Origin: Gammaproteobacteria bacterium
GTDB lineage: Bacteria; Pseudomonadota; Gammaproteobacteria; UBA4575
NCBI GenBank assembly: GCA_965243395.1
Contig: CBDEUS010000001.1
Coordinates: 704,001 to 768,000, forward strand
Direction of reading: 5' to 3'
DNA: 64,000 nucleotides
The position numbers and the translations under genes are program-made. Of the stretch, positions 60,074 through 64,000 are shown piece after piece; positions within the stretch are counted from its first letter, which is position 1; each line of letters begins with the position of its first letter. The notes under the pieces are model-generated. The model had not been told where the DNA came from, searched no databases, and saw only the letters and a program-made list of their open reading frames with translations.

Positions 60074-61315
60074 ATGGCTATTTTTTGGATTATATGTAGT
60101 TTATTAATTATTGTTGCATTAATCATTGTAATGCCTGCATTGCTTTCTAAAGAAACAGCAAAAGATATAGATCGTAAAAAAATCAATCGAACGGTTTTTG
60201 AAAAAAAATTAATTGAACTTGAAAATGATCGAAATAATGACTTGATTGATCAAGAGCAGTATTTGATTGCTAAAACGGATCTTGAAAGGTCATTGCTGGA
60301 CGACTTAGAAAACCAACAAGAATTAACCGTTAAAACAAATAATAAGTTATTACCTATAATTGTTCTAATAGCGCTTCCTGTTGTTTCTGTATTTACCTAT
60401 TTAAAACTTGAAAACGGACTACAATCGTTAGATCCGGAATTTGAAAATACCCTCGCAGCGCAACAATCTGGCCAACCTGCTTCGATTGAAGAGGCTATAT
60501 CAAAACTAGAAGAAAAAGCAGAAAAAGATCCAGACAATCTTGAAAATTGGAATATGTTAGGTAGGTCTTATTTGGTTACCAAACGATTTGATGACGCGGT
60601 GAAAGCCTACTCAAAGGCAAATGAAATAACAAATGGCGCAGATCCTAATATTCTAGTTTCATATGGCGAAGCGAAGGTTTTTGCAGCAGAAAATAAGTTT
60701 GACGAAGATTCTATGTCTTTATTTTCGAAAGCATTACAAATACAGCCGAACAATGAACGTGGACTTTGGTATGCAGGAATGGCTGCTTACCAATTACAAG
60801 ATTATAAACAGTCTGTGGAATATTGGGAGAAGTTGATCCAACAGGTACCTGATGACCAGGCAGAAGTTAGGACAGCTCTTGGTAAGTATTTAGATGATGC
60901 AAAGCAAAAAGCCGGAATTGAAATTGCAGAAGCAACTGAATCAAGTTCTGAGTCATCAGATAACAATAAAGCAAAGGTTGTAGTGAACGTTTCTTTAAGT
61001 GATGAACTGCTCAAAAATACTGTGAACTCTGACACACTGTTTATTTACGCGAGAGCTATGAATGGTCCGAAAATGCCTTTAGCCCTAGTTAAAATGACCG
61101 CTGGAGATCTGCCTACTACTGTAACCCTGGATGATTCTGTTTCAATGATGCCTAGCATGACCTTATCCAGCATGGACCAGGTTGAGATTATCGCTAGAAT
61201 TTCTAAGTCAGGACAAGCGGTTATGCAAACTGGGGACAAATTTGGAAGCGTTCAGTCTGTGAGTACGAATCAGTCTGAGACAGTGGATGTTGTGATAAGT
61301 GAGTTAGTGCCTTAG
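60074..61315 (+). CDS. ccmI: Cytochrome c biogenesis protein CcmI
   Basis: N-terminal TMs, TPR repeats, C-terminal GPKMPLA/ARISKSG domain. Confidence 0.9.
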   Translation: MAIFWIICSLLIIVALIIVMPALLSKETAKDIDRKKINRTVFEKKLIELENDRNNDLIDQEQYLIAKTDLERSLLDDLENQQELTVKTNNKLLPIIVLIALPVVSVFTYLKLENGLQSLDPEFENTLAAQQSGQPASIEEAISKLEEKAEKDPDNLENWNMLGRSYLVTKRFDDAVKAYSKANEITNGADPNILVSYGEAKVFAAENKFDEDSMSLFSKALQIQPNNERGLWYAGMAAYQLQDYKQSVEYWEKLIQQVPDDQAEVRTALGKYLDDAKQKAGIEIAEATESSSESSDNNKAKVVVNVSLSDELLKNTVNSDTLFIYARAMNGPKMPLALVKMTAGDLPTTVTLDDSVSMMPSMTLSSMDQVEIIARISKSGQAVMQTGDKFGSVQSVSTNQSETVDVVISELVP

Positions 61316-61359
61316 TTATTTTTGTCTAACTCTCTTTAAATTAAGGATAATTAGGGAGT

Positions 61360-62247
61360 TTGTACATGTTTTTATTAGCGAACATTTTACTTTTAAGTGG
61401 CATTTGTTTGTTTGCTGCTTCTTTGTTTGCAGTTCAGCAATTAATTAAAAAATTACCGCAAGGTGAAGTTCGAAATAATTGGAAAATTCTTTCTTTCTTT
61501 ATAGCGGGTTTTGCTGTTGGTTATGCAGCTTATATGTTTATGCTAATAACCGGTAAACTTGTCCTAGCTAGCATTAATTTCCCTGCCGTCTGTTTTGTAG
61601 TTTCGGCTTTTGTTCTATTGCTTTGTTTTCTAACTTATCAAACTACTAGAGATATTCGTTTAGCAATTGCTCTGGACCAGGCAAGCATCATTGATCCGGT
61701 TTTAGAGATTTATAATCGTCGTTATTTCGATCGTAGGATTGATGAAGAGACTCAACGTTCACGTAGATACAATCAGCCATTATCAATCATTCTTTTTGAG
61801 ATTGATCAGCTTCAATCGATTATTAACAATCAAGGTAGTTTGGTAGCTGACGTTGTGTTGCGCAAAGTAAGCGACTTTTTAGTTGGATCTGTTCGTTCAT
61901 CAGATATTGTTGCACGATATGATGACCACAAAATTGTAGTAGCAACTACGCAAACTGAGCCTGATATGGCCATTATGTTAGCGGATCGCTTGCGAGCAGA
62001 GGCTGAAAAGCTTGAAATACTACCTAACAGTGAACAAAAAGATTTAGATGCACTACATATTACTGTTACCGCGGGTGTATCTTGTGTAGAAGAAAGAATC
62101 AAAAACGGGTTTGATTTAATGGATGTAGCAGAAAAAGCTATTATGCGCGCGGATTCTAATGGACGTAATCGTGTATATGCTTATGATCCGTCTGACATTG
62201 TAGTGTCAGAGCAAACGGAGCAAACGATTGAGGCTGCTGCAGCATAA
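61360..62247 (+). CDS. Membrane-anchored degenerate GGDEF-domain protein
   Basis: Three TMs; D.....YNRRYF; RSSD-IVARY-DDHKI in place of RxxD-x5-GGDEF. Confidence 0.85.
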   Translation: MYMFLLANILLLSGICLFAASLFAVQQLIKKLPQGEVRNNWKILSFFIAGFAVGYAAYMFMLITGKLVLASINFPAVCFVVSAFVLLLCFLTYQTTRDIRLAIALDQASIIDPVLEIYNRRYFDRRIDEETQRSRRYNQPLSIILFEIDQLQSIINNQGSLVADVVLRKVSDFLVGSVRSSDIVARYDDHKIVVATTQTEPDMAIMLADRLRAEAEKLEILPNSEQKDLDALHITVTAGVSCVEERIKNGFDLMDVAEKAIMRADSNGRNRVYAYDPSDIVVSEQTEQTIEAAAA

Positions 62248-62402
62248 GTAAACATCTATAACTTCATTCACACCTTACTCGGCTGCTTCTAAATAGTTAG
62301 GCTAATACCGATTTTTCTTAGTCTTAAAGACTGTTTATCATCCCTAATTCTTTAACTTGCTTGCTATAATAAGCTGGCAATGTTGATTTGAGGGGTGTAG
62401 AG

Positions 62403-62654
62403 ATGACCAAGCTAGATCTATTACAGCTTTTAGGCTGGTGTTCACTGATTTATATCGCAATTTTGTTCCTATGGATCGCTATGCTTACTTGTTGTCGTGC
62501 GTGGATGTATCGTTTGCATGGCAGATGGCTTGCTATGTCTGAGGAAAAATTTAATCAAATACATTATGCGTTGATAGGTCTTTATAAGCTTATCATCATT
62601 GTCTTTTTTCTTGTGCCTTATATAGTGTTACGAGCACTCTCATCTGGTATTTAA
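62403..62654 (+). CDS. Small membrane protein (DUF6868-like)
   Basis: LGWC..I...IL..W...H.RW..MS.E.F..IHY..IG.YKL....FFLVPY pattern; ATG 62403 after GAGG. Confidence 0.7.
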   Translation: MTKLDLLQLLGWCSLIYIAILFLWIAMLTCCRAWMYRLHGRWLAMSEEKFNQIHYALIGLYKLIIIVFFLVPYIVLRALSSGI

Positions 62655-62655
62655 A

Positions 62656-62886
62656 ATGTTATTCAAGGGAATTATATTCACTCTAATATTTGTTTTGTTT
62701 ATATCGCGTTTAATCCCAAAATATATAGAGTTTCGTGAAACCAATATTGTGAATCTTCTCGGCGTAAATTGGGAAGGTAATACGGCATTATTAGTATTAT
62801 TTGGTGTTATGTTACTTGGAATTGCTGTTCTAGCAATTGCTTTGCAAAGTTTTTTTCTTTATTTTACTGGCACAAATAAAGAATAA
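62656..62886 (+). CDS. Hypothetical membrane protein
   Basis: Two hydrophobic segments; starts 1 nt after the upstream stop. Confidence 0.55.
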   Translation: MLFKGIIFTLIFVLFISRLIPKYIEFRETNIVNLLGVNWEGNTALLVLFGVMLLGIAVLAIALQSFFLYFTGTNKE

Positions 62887-62888
62887 AG

Positions 62889-63776
62889 TTAATCATCGAT
62901 TAAACGTTTAGATAAGTTTTGATACGCATCAATTCGACGGTCACGTAAGTAAGGCCATAGTTGTCGGGTTTGCTCTGTTTCGCTTAAATCTATTCTGCAA
63001 AATACAGTTTCAGCATTTGATGGGGATGCTTGTTTTATAACTTTACCTAGAGTATCGGTGATGAAAGACTGTCCCCAAAAATCTATACCTTTTGATTGAC
63101 CTGAAGGATCTTTTTCAAAACCCACTCTATTGGCACATATTAAAGGTAAATTATTCGCTATCGCATGGCTTTGTTGAATGGTTTGCCAGGCGTCGAATTG
63201 ACGCTGTTGTTCTACTTTATCATCGCCCGGGTCCCAGCCAATTGCGGAAGGATAAATTAGCAATTGAGCTCCCGCAAGTGCCATTAAACGCGCGGCTTCC
63301 GGAAACCATTGATCCCAACAAACAAGAACGCCTAGTTTTCCTATTGTGGTTTGGATCGGTGCAAAACCTTGATCACCAAATGCAAAGTAATATTTTTCAT
63401 AATAACCGGGATCGTCTGGAATATGCATTTTTCGATATGTACCTGCAAGACTACCATCACTATCCAGCACTACAGCAGTATTGTGATAGAGCCCTTCAGT
63501 ACGTTTTTCAAAAACAGAACCCACAATAACAACTTTATGTTGCTTAGCCGTCGTTGCTAAAAGATTTGTTAGAGGGCCTGGAATAGGTTGCGCCAAACTA
63601 AAATGATGTGTGGATTCTTCCTGGCAAAAATACAAACTACTATGTAATTCACATAGAATAACTAAGTCTGCACCTTTTTTTGCAGCAGCACTAATTTGAC
63701 CGAGACTATAATCTACATTTTGTTGGTAATCCGAGCTCATTTCTTGTTGAACTAGTGCTACATTGATAGAGCTCAT
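62889..63776 (-). CDS. aguB: Carbon-nitrogen hydrolase, N-carbamoylputrescine amidase-like
   Basis: E-K-C triad (CEL, YRKMHIPDDPGYYEK, VCWDQWFPE); downstream of agmatine deiminase. Confidence 0.85.
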   Translation of the reverse strand: MSSINVALVQQEMSSDYQQNVDYSLGQISAAAKKGADLVILCELHSSLYFCQEESTHHFSLAQPIPGPLTNLLATTAKQHKVVIVGSVFEKRTEGLYHNTAVVLDSDGSLAGTYRKMHIPDDPGYYEKYYFAFGDQGFAPIQTTIGKLGVLVCWDQWFPEAARLMALAGAQLLIYPSAIGWDPGDDKVEQQRQFDAWQTIQQSHAIANNLPLICANRVGFEKDPSGQSKGIDFWGQSFITDTLGKVIKQASPSNAETVFCRIDLSETEQTRQLWPYLRDRRIDAYQNLSKRLIDD

Positions 63777-64000
63777 CTTAAAAATCCTTGAGGAATTTGC
63801 ATAGAAGTACAGTGTATCCCGCCATATTGTTGAATCAAAGTTGTACTTTCAATATCAATGATTTCTCGTGTTGGGAAACAATCATCAATGGTTTTTAGTG
63901 CGATATTGTCATGTTTATCATTAAAAACGGGCACGAATACATGCTGATTAGTAATTAAAAAATTCACATAGCTTGCAGGTAGCCTTGTATTATCATGTGA
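63773..64000 (-). CDS. aguA: Agmatine deiminase family protein, C-terminal part
   Basis: RLPASYVNFLITN and GGIHCTSMQIP motifs; continues beyond the window. Confidence 0.85.
   Translation of the reverse strand, partial: SHDNTRLPASYVNFLITNQHVFVPVFNDKHDNIALKTIDDCFPTREIIDIESTTLIQQYGGIHCTSMQIPQGFLR

Noticed and set aside
1-64000. tRNA, rRNA, CRISPR arrays, IS elements, prophage
   Set aside because: None recognised by eye; intergenic spaces are short and no transposase, integrase or cas ORFs are present.

Overview
An AT-rich, gene-dense chromosomal segment, most likely from a Gammaproteobacterium (recJ-prfB-lysS, ygfZ/sdhCDAB-sdhE, zapE, csiV-mfd, ccmA-I synteny). The first half holds a split tetrahydromethanopterin (H4MPT)/methylofuran C1-transfer cluster. 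The + strand block carries mptG, mtdB, orfY, mch, orf5, orf7, fae, orf1, orf9, pabB and orf21, with orf17 inverted inside it. About 9 kb later, orf20, orf19 and mfnB lie on the - strand. The rest is housekeeping, TCA, envelope and cytochrome c maturation genes. I found no tRNA, rRNA, CRISPR array or transposase. Four signals stand out. (1) A compact multi-stem RNA in the fae leader is a candidate C1/pterin riboswitch. (2) Directly after fae is a probably leaderless gene fusing a zinc finger, a degenerate LAGLIDADG-like region and a QueD/PTPS domain lacking one metal ligand. (3) A complete sigma-54 sRNA cassette lies upstream of nagZ, and its anti-SD seed is complementary to the RBS of the L,D-transpeptidase gene in this window. 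(4) A secreted Tyr/Lys/Arg-rich peptide resembles mussel adhesive proteins in composition. All family calls come from motif recognition by eye; no database searches were run.
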